A DNA stretch of 63,200 bases, the filler included, from Collodictyon triciliatum (taxonomy: Eukaryota): the NCBI GenBank assembly GCA_043381765.1. It is 4 parts of 4 records of this genome, joined end to end, with 100 filler letters (N's around TTAATTAATTAA, not from the genome) between each part and the next. Parts side by side here need not be neighbours in the genome. Positions count along the whole stretch, not along the records: positions 1 to 18,076 come from JBHJMP010000112.1; 3 more parts are not named here. One strand, written 5' to 3'. Below the pieces are notes generated by a model. It did not search any database. It was given only the letters and a program-made list of their open reading frames with translations, and had not been told where the DNA came from. Made by a program: the position numbers and the translations under genes. Numbering within the stretch: the stretch's first letter is position 1; each line of letters begins with the position of its first letter. Of the stretch, positions 1 to 13,145 are shown piece after piece.

Positions 1-308
1 GTTGTTAACTTTTTTTTTTTTCTTTTTTGTTTTGTATTTTGTATTTTACGTTTTTTTTTTTTTTTTTTTTCCTGAACAATTAGAACATGGGAGGAATGAA
101 AGTAACAGCGCATTGGGGGAAAAAAAAGAAGGATACTCATGAAACACCCTCTTGATAACCTCGCATATTTGAATTGTATTTGCTGTGTCATTTGTATTCA
201 TGATATTAACGCCCTCGATGGTCACTGTCATGTTCTTATATTTAAAAAAAAAATACAACTTTTTCTTCAGTCCTATCAGCACAAATACAACACAAAAGGA
301 AGACCTGA

Positions 309-651
309 TGTCGAGCCGACGCTACGACTTACCACGCATCCCCGGAGATACTCTTTCTAACGGATCGCGCTCCTTTCGAAACGCTGAGGAGGACACACTC
401 AAGTATGATCGAATGCACTCAACGTCCTGGACCGAGGGAATCCTGTTCACCAGCTCGCAACAAGGTAGGTCCAACATCGCTCAGTGCAAATATAATTTCC
501 CCCCTCTATCTGATGGTATCTTGGGAATATTAAATCTTCACTTCCTTATCATTCAAGCGTGCGGCAGAGCTAACCTTTCTTTTTCAATTTGATCACACCA
601 GAGAGAACACTCGGAATACAAATCATATCTTCTGATGCCAAACTTACCCGG

Positions 652-749
<98 letters not shown>

Positions 750-3700
750 GCTATGAATAAAACCACCATGATAATGAGTATCATATACACATTATAGTTA
801 AACCATATAAAATTATAATTAACCCTTAGATTGCGCGAGTTGGAGAGTAAACTAAAAGTGATAAATACTCGGCATATGGCTGGGTTATACGCCAAGGAGG
901 TTTATTCTTAAATATATCATATGTACCTACCAGCTTTTCTATCATACCTGTTTATCTTAATTTTTTTTAACATAAGTAATCTATATAGGAACTTTGTTCC
1001 TTTTTTTTTTAAAAAAAAAAACACATGTCAATAGATGCTTCGGTATGTTCATCACATCATTAATCTACACCAAACTATCAAGAGTAAGTTTGCTGAATTA
1101 GATTATGAAGCCGTAAATATTCAAGTGGCATTCCTGATGGATGTTTGGTAAATTTTTATCTCAAAAGTGATTATCCTATCCGCATCAGAAGAAATTTGTG
1201 AATAGTATCATCTATATGCACAACTAAATACCAATCAATCAACATCACCACTGGCATACCTACAGGAAGGATGTCAATGATTTTGAAAACAATTTCAATT
1301 CGTCATGGACAACTTTCAGAAAAGCTGATGTTCTTCCCAACTCATTTCAAAGTATCCACGCCCTTCTTCACAAAGCTTGGGAAGATTTACTGAATGAAAT
1401 TCATCTCAATATAAAAAATACTGTAAATTCTAAGCAGTTTGTATCCCTCGTCGAAAAAGTTGAGAAGCTGTCCATATTTTGCTGGTACCTTTCATTGTCC
1501 ATTTTTTTTCTATTTTCCTTTTCTATCTATATTTCCCCCAGCTGTAGATACCTAGTTGATTAGCGTGTGAACTGTCTCAATATTGCTTTCGATGATTTAA
1601 TGCTTGCCTTTCTGCTTCCGTCATATTTTTGTTTCTAGCTTGTGCCGCAACTTTGAGCTCATCGCAGAAACCACTCGAAACTGTGAATTATGCCCACTTT
1701 GTCGAACTCAACCAACAGCTTTCTCAAAAGTACCTAACCCACTGTGCATTCTTCGATTTGCCCAATTAGTAGCAGAAACCCGGGCTGAAATGATATGCGG
1801 GAAGAGTCAATTTAAAGGTTGAGAATATAAATATTCATTTCGTTCTATTTATCTTCCTTAATTTACTCTCTTTTTTCAAAAAAACAAACAAACAAACAAA
1901 CAAACAAACAAACAAACAAACAAACAAACAAACAAACAAGCAAACAAGCAAACATAGCCATCAGTTGAGTAACGAAAAATTTTATTAAAAAAATATCTCT
2001 TATTGTCTTTGTAGACGTAGCCATAAAAATTCGGGGTATCGCCCTCGATGAGTTGAAATTTTCATCGGACTGCTTTGTATTTAGACTTCCTCATCTCGAG
2101 GAGTCAACACAGGCTGCATATGTTCCATTTCGAAGTATTGGGAATCTCTCTGAATCAGCCATCGTATGTCTTCTTTCTCCTAAATGTTAGCATATATCGT
2201 CAGATTTTCCCTGAGTGAATATGCTATTATCTCGATCTATTTTAATGTTTCAGAAGTGAACATGCCTACCCATTAGCTTGCTTCAATGAGCTTGTCTCTG
2301 GCGCAGCCAATATCTCAAGAAATCCTATCATTCTATGTACAGTACTTTTTCGTTTGGTAAGAGTTCATTTTTTGAAGAAAGGATCTATCGCATCAAAAGT
2401 ATCTCTTCTTATTATATCTTTATGAACATCGTGTTAGTATATTCAACCGACTTTCGAATATGGTATCGCTATCCGAAGTATTGAATGCATCAGACTACTA
2501 TATCTCGATGATGAGTACAATTTATTGTCAACTAAAATATGAATTTTCATCTGGTTGCTATGTCTTTGTTTTTATTTTGTTTTTGTTCTCCTGTTGATTC
2601 ATCTCATCACATACTATTATTCATAGATGAATAGATAGATAAGTTTGTTTTCGTTTCACGCGCAAATCGGGGCTCTTTATCAATAATTTCTTATATTCAT
2701 TACAGACGACGTTGTGGTTCCTGGGACTAGCGCAGATAATAACTTAATTATTCAGAATGTTCAGCTGCCAGTGAATAAGCTACGACATACCAAAAGATTT
2801 CCAAAAATGGTCCGGCTAAACCCGCATTCTATCATCCGGATTCTTACCTCCTCTCGGCTCATCCGAGCTGTTTTTATCGGGGATGAATCTCAGCGCTTGT
2901 GCAACTATCAAACTTTTGTTCTGAAAAAAATCAACTCAGGTGAAAGTTTCGAAATTCCTCAAGAGTCTCTGGAGCAGCTTAGCGAGGGTATGTTTTATGC
3001 CATGGACGGGATCGCTGCATTTCCCTTTCAATTTTTTTTATTATTATTTATTCATTGCATTCCACTCTCTTTTTAGGTGCTGGGAACTCCATTGTCTTTC
3101 CGAATAAAATTATCACACATGTTTGTCGGAAAGCGTATCAGGTGCGGTATACTCCTAATTCCGTTCAATATCGAATATAATTATGGCTAGCCTGAAAGAG
3201 TTGAGTGGGTAATTTTCCATATTTATTCTTGTATTTGTTTTTTCTTTTGCAATTTTAACAGATTATGAAAGGATATCTCACAAGCCCTCTGCTGTCGACA
3301 AACACGTAATTTGCTATCAATATCTTGCTTTGGAAAAAAAATCCTTTGCTTTTTTCTTCTCCCATTCCTAAACTGATAGTTTTTCTTTATTTTTTTTAAA
3401 TATTCTTTAGAGAGATATTTTGTCCCTCCTATACAGTCTTTATGTCAAGTGTTGTTAATTGGATATGGAAGATGTGCATGCGATACCCTAAAGGTGGTGC
3501 TATGCATTCCGCATGTGTCATTCATTCTGATGCCCTCAGTGTGAGTAGCAAATATATATCGACCAATACGATTTCGAGCTGTTAGGTTATTTCTTCCCTT
3601 ATTCTTCCCTACAAGAAGATAGGCGGTGATTGGTGCATTATGAAAATGATTCGTCTAGTAATAATATTCCATTTACCTCTTCTTTTTCTTTAAAAAAACA

Positions 3701-4244
3701 AAAACAAAAAAGCTTGCCGACGCATTCGAAAATATGTTGACGACATATTCAAGAAATGTTAGCCAGGTCCAATCCATCCAGGGCCTTGATTCCTCTAATA
3801 CGAAAGACATTCGACAAATTGTGTTAAACATAGCTACCTTTCATCGGTGAATATTTATCCAACTTCTTCCAACTTATACCCAAAGTTTTTTTTTTCCTTT
3901 ATTCGATTCAAAGTGTAGCGAGGTTATGCCAACTTATACCCAAAGTTAAATGTGTGTTGGTGGTGTGTTTTGATGTAGAGTGTGAATTTTCTAAGACCTC
4001 TACAATTTCATTATGCAGGGTCCCCATCCATTTTGCCACCCGCTCCAGCCTTACATGTGGGCGCTTCTCGCTCATGGATGACTTTGACACAAACAACTTC
4101 ATTATGGAGACAGTTCGGTGCTTGCGCTTGAGTGTTGGTTATCTGCAGGAAAAAATAGGCACCGAGGTTGTCAAAAACTTGGAAACCCTCTTTGTCTTGA
4201 CAAAGAAGACATATCAGTTAGATAGGTCTGTTGCACCTACTTGA
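309..4244 (+). CDS. Multi-exon hypothetical protein (about 14 exons), no recognisable family
   Basis: Phase-consistent GT-AG splicing can be traced by hand from ATG 309 (MSSRRYDLPRIPG...) through exons near 603, 830, 1036, 1266, 1639, 2015, 2278, 2438, 2706, 3078, 3262, 3411 and 3713 to a last exon ending ...DRSVAPT-TGA at 4244. No motif recognised. Confidence 0.7.
654..749. repeat. (TTA)n microsatellite, intronic
   Basis: Direct inspection. Confidence 0.95.
3869..3947 (-). mobile_element. Putative 5'-truncated retroposon footprint (41-nt insert, 19-bp direct repeats)
   Basis: CCAACTTATACCCAAAGTT at 3869-3887 and 3929-3947. The insert reads ...TACACTTTGAATCGAATAAAGG(A)8+ on the minus strand. 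Confidence 0.55.
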
Positions 4245-4477
4245 AATCATCTTTGGTATGCAGATACTAGATTCTCCCATTCTGTTATTCAAATGTTGTC
4301 ATCATAGAGGGCTATTCATTTGCTGCTCTCCATCTACCTCGTCCACAATCGCGCCCTCCAACCCGTCTGGAAGCGCTGAAGTGTCTTTGAGCATTTCCCT
4401 GTCGTCACTGGTAAGGATGTCGCCAAAGGGAAAGGGCTCGTATTCAAATTTTTTATATGATTATATATCCTTTTCTA

Positions 4478-4691
4478 TTGTTTTGTTTTGTTTTGTTTTG
4501 TTTTGTTTTGTTTTGTTTTGTTTTGCTTTGTTTTGTTTTGTTTTGTTTTGTTTTGTTTTGTTTTGTTTTGTTTTGTTTTGTTTTGTTTTGTNNNNNNNNN
4601 NNNNNNNNNNNNNNNNNNNNNNNNNNNNNNNNNNNNNNNNNNNNNNNNNNNNNNNNNNNNNNNNNNNNNNNNNNNNNNNNNNNNNNNNNNN

Positions 4692-4784
<93 letters not shown>

Positions 4785-4791
4785 GTAGATA
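4478..4791. repeat. (TTTTG)n, gap, then (GATA)n microsatellites
   Basis: Direct inspection. Confidence 0.95.
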
Positions 4792-5393
4792 GGTAGAAAA
4801 GAAAGAAAAAGAAAGAAAAAGAAAGAAAAAGAAAGAAAAGGGAGCAAAAAGTCATGATAAGGTTAATCTAACAACTGTATTGGTGCTGTAGACGAGAACG
4901 GGACTCGGGGTGGAGGCCACGATAAGGCGGCGTGGAAAGCGCTGCGGAAGCGATGGGCAGACCAGGTTGGCTTCTCCTGACTGGCTGGCTTCATCTCCTC
5001 TCCACCTTTCTTTCTCTTGTGTCCAGATAATAAAAACGCAGTGACTTATTGTTAATAGCGCAGAAAAAGATCCCCACACATTTCTACACCTAAATATTCC
5101 AATCTCCATTGTTTTGTTCATGCATTTATTCATTGACTTATTTATTTATCCGTGCGATTTTACTTTGTCTTTTTGTTTTGTTTTTGGTGAACCGCACAGT
5201 AATGAGAGGCAAACAATTAAAACATGGCTGTGTTCTGAAACAAGACAGAGAGCAATAAAGAGGACGGCGTATTATGAATGGGGCGAGGGTGAGAGAGGAT
5301 AGAGTAACAATTTGGTGGTCGACCGACTGTGGTTGACGGATTGTGATTGAGATTGTGATTGAGTCCAGGCGAAGCTTTTTGCGCTCTGTATCA

Positions 5394-5537
5394 CTACTTG
5401 CGTCCCGCATTTGCCATCAACTCCTGCCACGCCCGCTTGTTTGCATCCATGTTTTCGATGCAACACTACAATAAGGTTGCGGGCGTCAAACTCGTGGGTA
5501 TGGGTGTGTGAGGAAATTTCTCTTGCCACACTCAACA

Positions 5538-5595
<58 letters not shown>

Positions 5596-6542
5596 TTTGG
5601 GACTCAATCACAGCGAGAAAGGGTGGGAACCTTCAAGTCCGGAAGGAACGACGCGAGTGCTTCCCACAAAGGCCGGACCACAAAGTCGATGAATCCAACT
5701 TCGTTCTTTGCGAGCGTAAAGTCGTCTTCGATAACCATGAACGGCGTCACTGGGATTCCAACCTCCTTTTCTCTTTTGGTCTTTGTGTGTTGGGTACGAG
5801 TGAATGTTGGGTACTGCGCAGCCAAATGGAAAAACGGTTCGATATATGTCATGAGTGCTTCGGCATGTGTCTGTGTTCTAACGAATTGTGTTTACTTGGT
5901 TGGTGAACTCATCGCGCAACATGCGCGCCCACTTTTCGGATATTGCTGGTGGCCTGATAGGATTAGACAGGTCTGCGGCATGTAGGATGATGGCAACAAG
6001 GTGCAATCTATCAGAAGTGGGTTGGATGTGTGATTGTTTTTTTGTAAGGAAGTGTGGCAGATATAGCTTTTTACTTGGATAGCAAATCTATCTTTTTCTT
6101 TCTTTCTTTTATATATATATATATTCATTTTGGGTTTGTGTTGTGCGTTGGGTATTGTAATGTACCATGAGAAGTGAGGAAGGGAGGAAACTATTCGTTT
6201 TCGTATCGGCACCAAAAGCATGACAAACATGATCTTAATATGTTATCTTTTCCGTTCGTTTATTTATTTGTTTGTGTGTGTGTGTTTGTTTTGCTCAGTA
6301 TTATCATGATTAGTGTCACCTGTCTTCTCGGTTGTCACGAGAGAATTTTTTGCTTGATATGGCACTTTTGAACTTTCCAGTGATTTCAAAGTGCTGCGCC
6401 ATGTCTGTAGCCAAAATTGCGGTGACTATCGACTTGCGAAGCTCCTGTGGTAATAAAGTTAGCTCACAGCATCTTCATTCTTTAGTGAATTTTCATTCTT
6501 ACATTAATGATTCTTTGATTTTGGTATTACTTTTTGTTTGAG

Positions 6543-6585
<43 letters not shown>

Positions 6586-9500
6586 AAAAAAAAAAAAAAA
6601 AAAAAAAAAAAGGAGAAAGTAATACTCGCCAAACTCTTGATAATAACTCTATCAACAGCTCGATACATATATATGAGTTCAATCATAATTACAACAACAA
6701 ACCTTGTATTCATCAACGGTGAGACCAGAAAGAATGGAGTTTTCTTGCTTTCTCATGAGATGAAAACCAACGCTACAATGATGGCTCTCCTGTACAGAAA
6801 CGTCATTGTACAAGAGGGCTAAAGAAGAATGGCTTCCTATCTCAAACCCATTATTGACACCAGGATGGTCCAAATCGTGGCAAAGAGCAGCAAGGAGTAG
6901 AGCTAAAATGTCCAAATTACTGAGGTACTGAACAACATCCGTTTTCACAAGAATGAGGTATGTGATTTGGGTAACTGTAAATGCATGGAAGAAGTTGTGA
7001 AAGGGGTTCTTTCTATAGTGAGCCCTGATAGCCAATATGAAACTTCGAAGTTTCTCTACTGATATGTGGAAAAGTTCGATAAAGTTGAAGTGCTCGAATA
7101 TCGTGAAAATCAAGCTTATGAGGTGATCCTCGGAGTGTGACAGTGCGTCAAAATCCCAAGTCAACTCAGTTAACGAATTGAATCTGGTAACATGTTCCAT
7201 GTCAGGCCAGCTGAGATATGTGAAGAATACACGGTAAAGTAAAAGAAAAAAGAAAAACATTAGTACAGGAACAAGAATCATAGAATTTTAGTAAAAATAC
7301 TCAAGATACTATTTAAGACTGTGTCTGTGAATGGGATTAAACACACGGCATATGATTCACAAGCAAGATAATACACCTGTCCACAATGTGAAGGTTGTCA
7401 AAGGATGAGTCACGACTGTATTCCAGCATAATCATGCTTCTTGTTTCTGGGTCTACACCCTCGAGCATTTTTGGGAGGTCCGGTCGGAATACATCTGATG
7501 AACCCAGCATCCGAATGCATCGAAGAAGTTCTTTTCTATTTATAGATAGATGCGTGACGACTTCTCATAATGACAGACTCTGTTGATCTAATGTTGTTGG
7601 ATGGCAAAGTTTCACTCATAAATACCTTGCTGCTTCAGTGGTCAATTCGCCGTGACTTAAACGCTCCATAGTTTGGATAACAGCCTAGATGATATGTATG
7701 CGCGAATAAGCTTGACTCTTTCAGAGATAGAAATGACTAATAAAAAAAAAAAGCCATTGTTTCCCGTAATTTACTCTACTTTGCTCAAATATTTTAGACA
7801 TACGTGAATAGGTGCTTCGAGTATAGAGCTAACATGAGTCCTAAATTCTCCCATACGGGATTCCATATCATAGATTGTTTTTCTCATCGTACTGATATCG
7901 TTAATGTCATCCAAGACCAAGAGAACACCCGTTTTCTGTCGTTTTTTCCAGAGAGATGATGAAGAATCCGTCTGCGATAGTCATACACGTCGAAATAAAA
8001 AAATAATCAGAGATCGAATGTGAACCAGAGTATACAAAAAGGAAAAACAGGAAGACGGCACGTATGAAATCAAACCGTCTCATTGACCAATGGTGTTATG
8101 ATGTAATTGATTATTCTGGTCTCCTCCATAGACGTGTGTAACACATAAGAGTTTACTCGAACAGGCTTTGGGGTGACAGTGACAGCCCTCAGATCTCGAA
8201 TAAGTTGGTCATTTCCGTAGGGGCTCATCCATGTCCAAAAAGGAGTTGACCTTTATGCCATACCATACTTTAATCAAAGAGAAAATATGAAAGAACAAGG
8301 TGCGTACATTTGCAAGAGAAAGAAATAAACCTTTTTATTTGCTTTCATATCAAATTTTAGGAAATAAAATAAAAGAAAATAAAAGAAAATAAAAGAAAAA
8401 GAAAAAAGAAAAAAGAAAAAAGAAAAAAAGAAAAAAAGAAAAAAAAGAAAAAAAGAAAAGAGAGAAATAACATCGATTGTATGAGGAATACCTCATGGTG
8501 CCCTCTGACACTCCAAATATTTCCTCTATTGGTCTGTTTGATGACTGGAGAAGTCCGTTCATATGGAACGTGACTACAAAACTGGCTATGCTTTTAAGAA
8601 TGTTTTCCAATGTCCTGTTTGACTCCATTACTTCACCATACAGCCTGGTTTTTGTTATTGTTACTGCGGCATGAGCAGAAAAGGCCTTCAATATCTCTTC
8701 ATCTACGACACCAAACGGCCTGTTGTGTGGGGGAAAAAAAAAAGAAAAAAAAGAAGCGATATACAATCATTATCCCCGTCTAAATAATGCACATACTCAC
8801 AATCTGAACCGATTGATAACAATGGAGAATATCATTTTTCTTCTTTTTTCAAAAAAATATATAGTGATTTGTTCAATCACAATTATAGGAAAGGGAAAGA
8901 AAAAACTCACTGTCCTCTTTTGTTCACCATTTGGATTGCCCCCACGATTGTACCATCTACATCATTGCGAACAGGCATGCAGAGAATATTGTTTGTTTTG
9001 TAGCCTGTTTCAATATCCACCTCCTGCTCATAAATAAATATACAAAAAGTCGGTTGGTATCTCTACAGCTCTTTAATTTCTAAATAAAAATAAAAGACTA
9101 TTACCTTGTTGAAGCGATAATCTGCATATGCGTCTGGTATATTCAATGTCTCTCCTGTAGAAACGACGAAGCCAGCGATGCCTTGGGAGACAGGAAAATG
9201 AACATTCATGCCTTCAGCCAGCTTGGTGTGTAGTTCCTTTGTGTCTTGGTCGAGTAGGAACAGTGTACATTTATCAGAATCCTAGTGTATGATACAATTT
9301 CATTTGAATACATAGCTTGCGAATCATGAAGCTGACTTATCAAGAATTATGTATTCAAGTGTAAGTAATACGATTTACCAGAAGTTCTTTCGATTTCTGC
9401 CTCAGAATGTCAATCAATGGTTCTAGTTCAGTTTCGGAGGATATGACATCCATTATTTGAGACAATGCTTGAAACTTTTTTCTAATAATGAAAGCAAAAT

Positions 9501-9769
9501 TATTTTTAAACTTATTCAATGAAACTTGAAAAGCAGTATATCAAATAATATTATATACTTGGGTCATAGATGGTGAATAACGCAAATGCCACTAGATTAA
9601 GGGACTCAATATACCTTTCTATCAATTCTTTTTGATATGCTTTTGAGTTTGAAATAACAACTGCAGCGTGAGCACAAAAGGCTGTCAGTAACTCTTCATC
9701 TTCCTCGTCAAAAGTACCGTTGGCCTGGCATTAAGGAGATCATAATGGTTAAAATGAAGCGATAGCTTC

Positions 9770-9810
<41 letters not shown>

Positions 9811-9813
9811 TTT

Positions 9814-9848
<35 letters not shown>

Positions 9849-12518
9849 GGTTGATTTTGAATAATTCTCAATAATGTATTTTTTTTCATATATAGCATGG
9901 TCGGAAATGTAGTTGTTTATTTAATACTAGAAGTAAATGAGTGAGGGATAAATATATACCTTGTTAATCATTTGAATGGCTCCTATAACATTTCCACTTC
10001 CATCTTTGACAGGCATGCATAGAATGGTTTTTGTCCTGTATCCGGTATCGATATCGACATCAGGTCTGAATCTTGGGTCCTGTTTATAATCATTTTTGGT
10101 ATATATATATAAAGAAGCTAAACCAGGGAGTTCCCTTCGCCATGAAATGAATGAGGACACGAATGTTTTATTTCATTTGTTCGATTCAAACAATGGTTTG
10201 ACAAATATGAAAGGGTGAAAGAGAAAGGGTGAAAGAATTATAAAATGAATTAATCTGCAGATTGGCTGACAAACCTTATAGGCATCTGGAATGTTGACCG
10301 TGTGCCCTGTAGTTGCCACATACCCGGCTATTCCAGAACTCAAAGGAAATGTGATTTCATTTCCTTCTTCAATTCGAGTCCAAAGAACATTTTGGCAGGG
10401 AAGAATGAGAAATAGAGTGCATTTGTCAGCATCAAGAAGTTCTTTGGATTTCTGTCTCATTAGTCCAATCAAAACAGACAAATCTAGTTCTGCGGTTATT
10501 GTATGAGATATCTGGACTAGAGCCTGCAGCTTCTTCCTCATTTTAATTTCACGCCCTCTTGACTGAACAGTTCCCAGAATGACAGCCAAATGTCCGGCGA
10601 TGGACTCCAGCAAGAGAATGTCTTCTGAAGTGAATGATGCGGCACATATCTGAAGAATTGAGAAATGCGAGACAGTTTGGGAGGATGGCATTCTTAGTGG
10701 GATACTGAGTACTGAAGTGTTAATCGGTATGTCTCCATCGATGTTTGATGCATATCTAGGATCAGAAGTAGCATTTTCAATATGCAACATTTGGGAGTCC
10801 TGTGCAACCCTGCCTGATATCCCGTATCCTGCCAGCATCCATTTGGAAGGGTCGAATGGCCCTGTACTTGCCTCAATTCTCAATTCTCTGGTCGTACCTT
10901 GAAGTGAAAGAGTAGCGGATGCTGGTGAGGTGTAGGATACCGGGTTGAAACCTGAGTCTGTATTGGTCAAGTTATGATGAACATGCGGACGGACATCATA
11001 AAACGACACCAAAGTCGCACTCACCGTCTCTGCCACTGCTGATAGAATCACATTAACAGCTCGCTTGTAATTGGTCTCTTCGGTCACCCGCCGAAACAGA
11101 GATAGGGCGTTATGCAATCGAAATAGTTGCTGAACAACTGAATAGACCCATCTAGCCTGCTGTGACCCGCTCAAGTATCCCCATATCCGGACCATACGTT
11201 CAGGAGTCACCAGTTCATCGCTTTGCAACAACCTCAGAATCTCGTTGTTACCTTCTTGGCTGTTTGCGTGGCCATGCAAATTTTGCCCATGGTTTGCTGT
11301 TGAGCTATGTACTGCGCTGGTTCGATTCGAAAGATGCCCAATCTTTCGAGGAGGAGAGGCTTCGATCGCGGACGGAAATGAGCCACCCTCGGATGTGTAA
11401 GCCAGGGCGGTTATAGCTCTTAGTAGGTGCAGTTGCCCGTGCGGTAGATCTATCATAAAATAGGCGTGCTTGCTTCAGAATGGTTCAGGGAAATAGTACC
11501 AAAACAGAAAGAGAAAAGAAGGAAAGGATATGTGAGAGGATGATGGGTTGAATATTGGATTAGGGACAAGGTTCACCTTTTGGGAGAGTGTCAGACTTTG
11601 GTACATCAAACAGCAACGGCGTTCGCGAGATTGATGGGTGTGGTGTTATGATATCTGAACCCGGGGTAGAATGCGTGGCATATCGGGATATGTAAGGAGC
11701 CAATGCAGCAACAGCCTCAGCAGTGTTTGATTTTAGTGCTGGAAGAGGCACATTTGCATTTGAATGGGCGGTTCCAATGCCGTTGCTATATCTTTCTCGA
11801 CTCAATGTCCGACGTATCCCTTGTGATCCGATTGATTTTGGATATGATGGTGACGTTGGTTTTAAAGATGAGTTGGATGGCGTGTGTCGAGGAGAGAGTA
11901 ACAAGTGCCCATTCCTAGAAATACCAGACATTTGGTTGCTTGACGTGGACTTTTGCAGCTTGGAATTTGACCCATAAGCACGCATTTGAAATGTGGTAGT
12001 TCTGCTGAAATTTCTGTGCTCTTCTTCAGCTGGATGATTGATATGCGGTATTACGTGATGTCCATTTGCTGGAGCTAGATCTGTCTGATAATCAATGTCA
12101 GATAGGCTGGATGAGTGATTCACATGCAAATGAAGTTTCTTGAGTAGCTTCGCCCATTCGGCAATAAAAGACTGTCGAGAGTGCTTTGAGAGGTGTTCCA
12201 CTTGAGCAGCAAACTCGGTGCAAGTAATTCTATCTTTCAAAAGGTCGTCCAGGAGACTCGGTTTCGTAGAGGCAAACTGTTGCATTTTCTGCACATATTA
12301 AACAATAAATAGTTCTGCTACATGAATAAAACTGACTAGATAGCAAATATAAGAAGCTTTCTTTCAAGACCTTAGACTTAATGAGGGCATGCAGAGGTCG
12401 TATTAAAAAAAAAAAGGCTCTATAATAATCTCGATTAGATGTGAGTAGTTCAAACCATCAAAGAGCGCTTCATGTGTGTTCTGGTGCTTCGAACACTCTC
12501 TGCAGTCTTTTGTTCAAT
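5394..12518 (-). CDS. Class I 3',5'-cyclic nucleotide phosphodiesterase with three GAF domains and a PAS-like domain (5' end unresolved; further exons may lie up to ~13750)
   Basis: Catalytic motifs NPFHNFFHA, ALCHDLDHPGVNN, QESHH, ILHAADLSNP, EFTNQ/TKREKEVGIP and GFIDFVVRPLWE. GAF motifs GIAGYVATTGHTVNIPDAY..DPRF..DIDTGYRTKTILCMP..INK..F.EEDE, with a second near-identical GAF. Last exon CCIENMDANKRAWQELMANAGRK-TAG ends at 5394. Confidence 0.93.
5538..5595. repeat. (GAT)n microsatellite in the last PDE intron
   Basis: Direct inspection. Confidence 0.95.
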
Positions 12519-12946
12519 CTATAAGTATATCAATAGTGAAATGGTTAATGGTCTTGGATGAGTAGCGAAGTATCTATGGTGTGCTTTTTCTTTCTTTCTC
12601 TTTCTCTTTCTCTCCTTCTCTCTTTCTCTCTTTCTCTCTTTCTCTCTTTCTCTCTTTCTCTCTTTCTCTCTTTCTCTCTTTCTCTCTTTCTCTCTTTATT
12701 CATCGCCGATGTATTGGATTTGAGCAAGCTGATATTGCATTTCGTCAGAAGAATATATAGTGATGAACCTGTGATCCTGCCTGCGGATTAAGTACCTCGT
12801 CACCGCTACTTGTGCACTCCGCGTCACCTTTCTGAGTACCATGGGTGAATAAGGCGAGAGTTGAAATGTGGTGAAGTAAAAGGTACATATTTAATTGTCT
12901 AGTTTACGAAACCATAATCCTGGGCTCAGAGTCGGATAAATTTTAA

Positions 12947-13145
12947 AGAATAGAAAAGAATAGAAAAGAATAGAAAAGAATAGAAAAGAATAGAAAAGAA
13001 TAGAAAAGAATAGAAAAGAATAGAAAAGAATAGAAAAGAATAGAAAAGAATAGAAAAGAAAAGAAAAGAAAAGAATAGAAAAGAATAGAAAAGAATAGAA
13101 AAGAATAGAAAAGAATAGAAAAGAATAGAAAAGAAAAGAAAAGAA
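12947..13145. repeat. (AATAGAAAAG)n tandem repeat
   Basis: Direct inspection. Confidence 0.95.
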
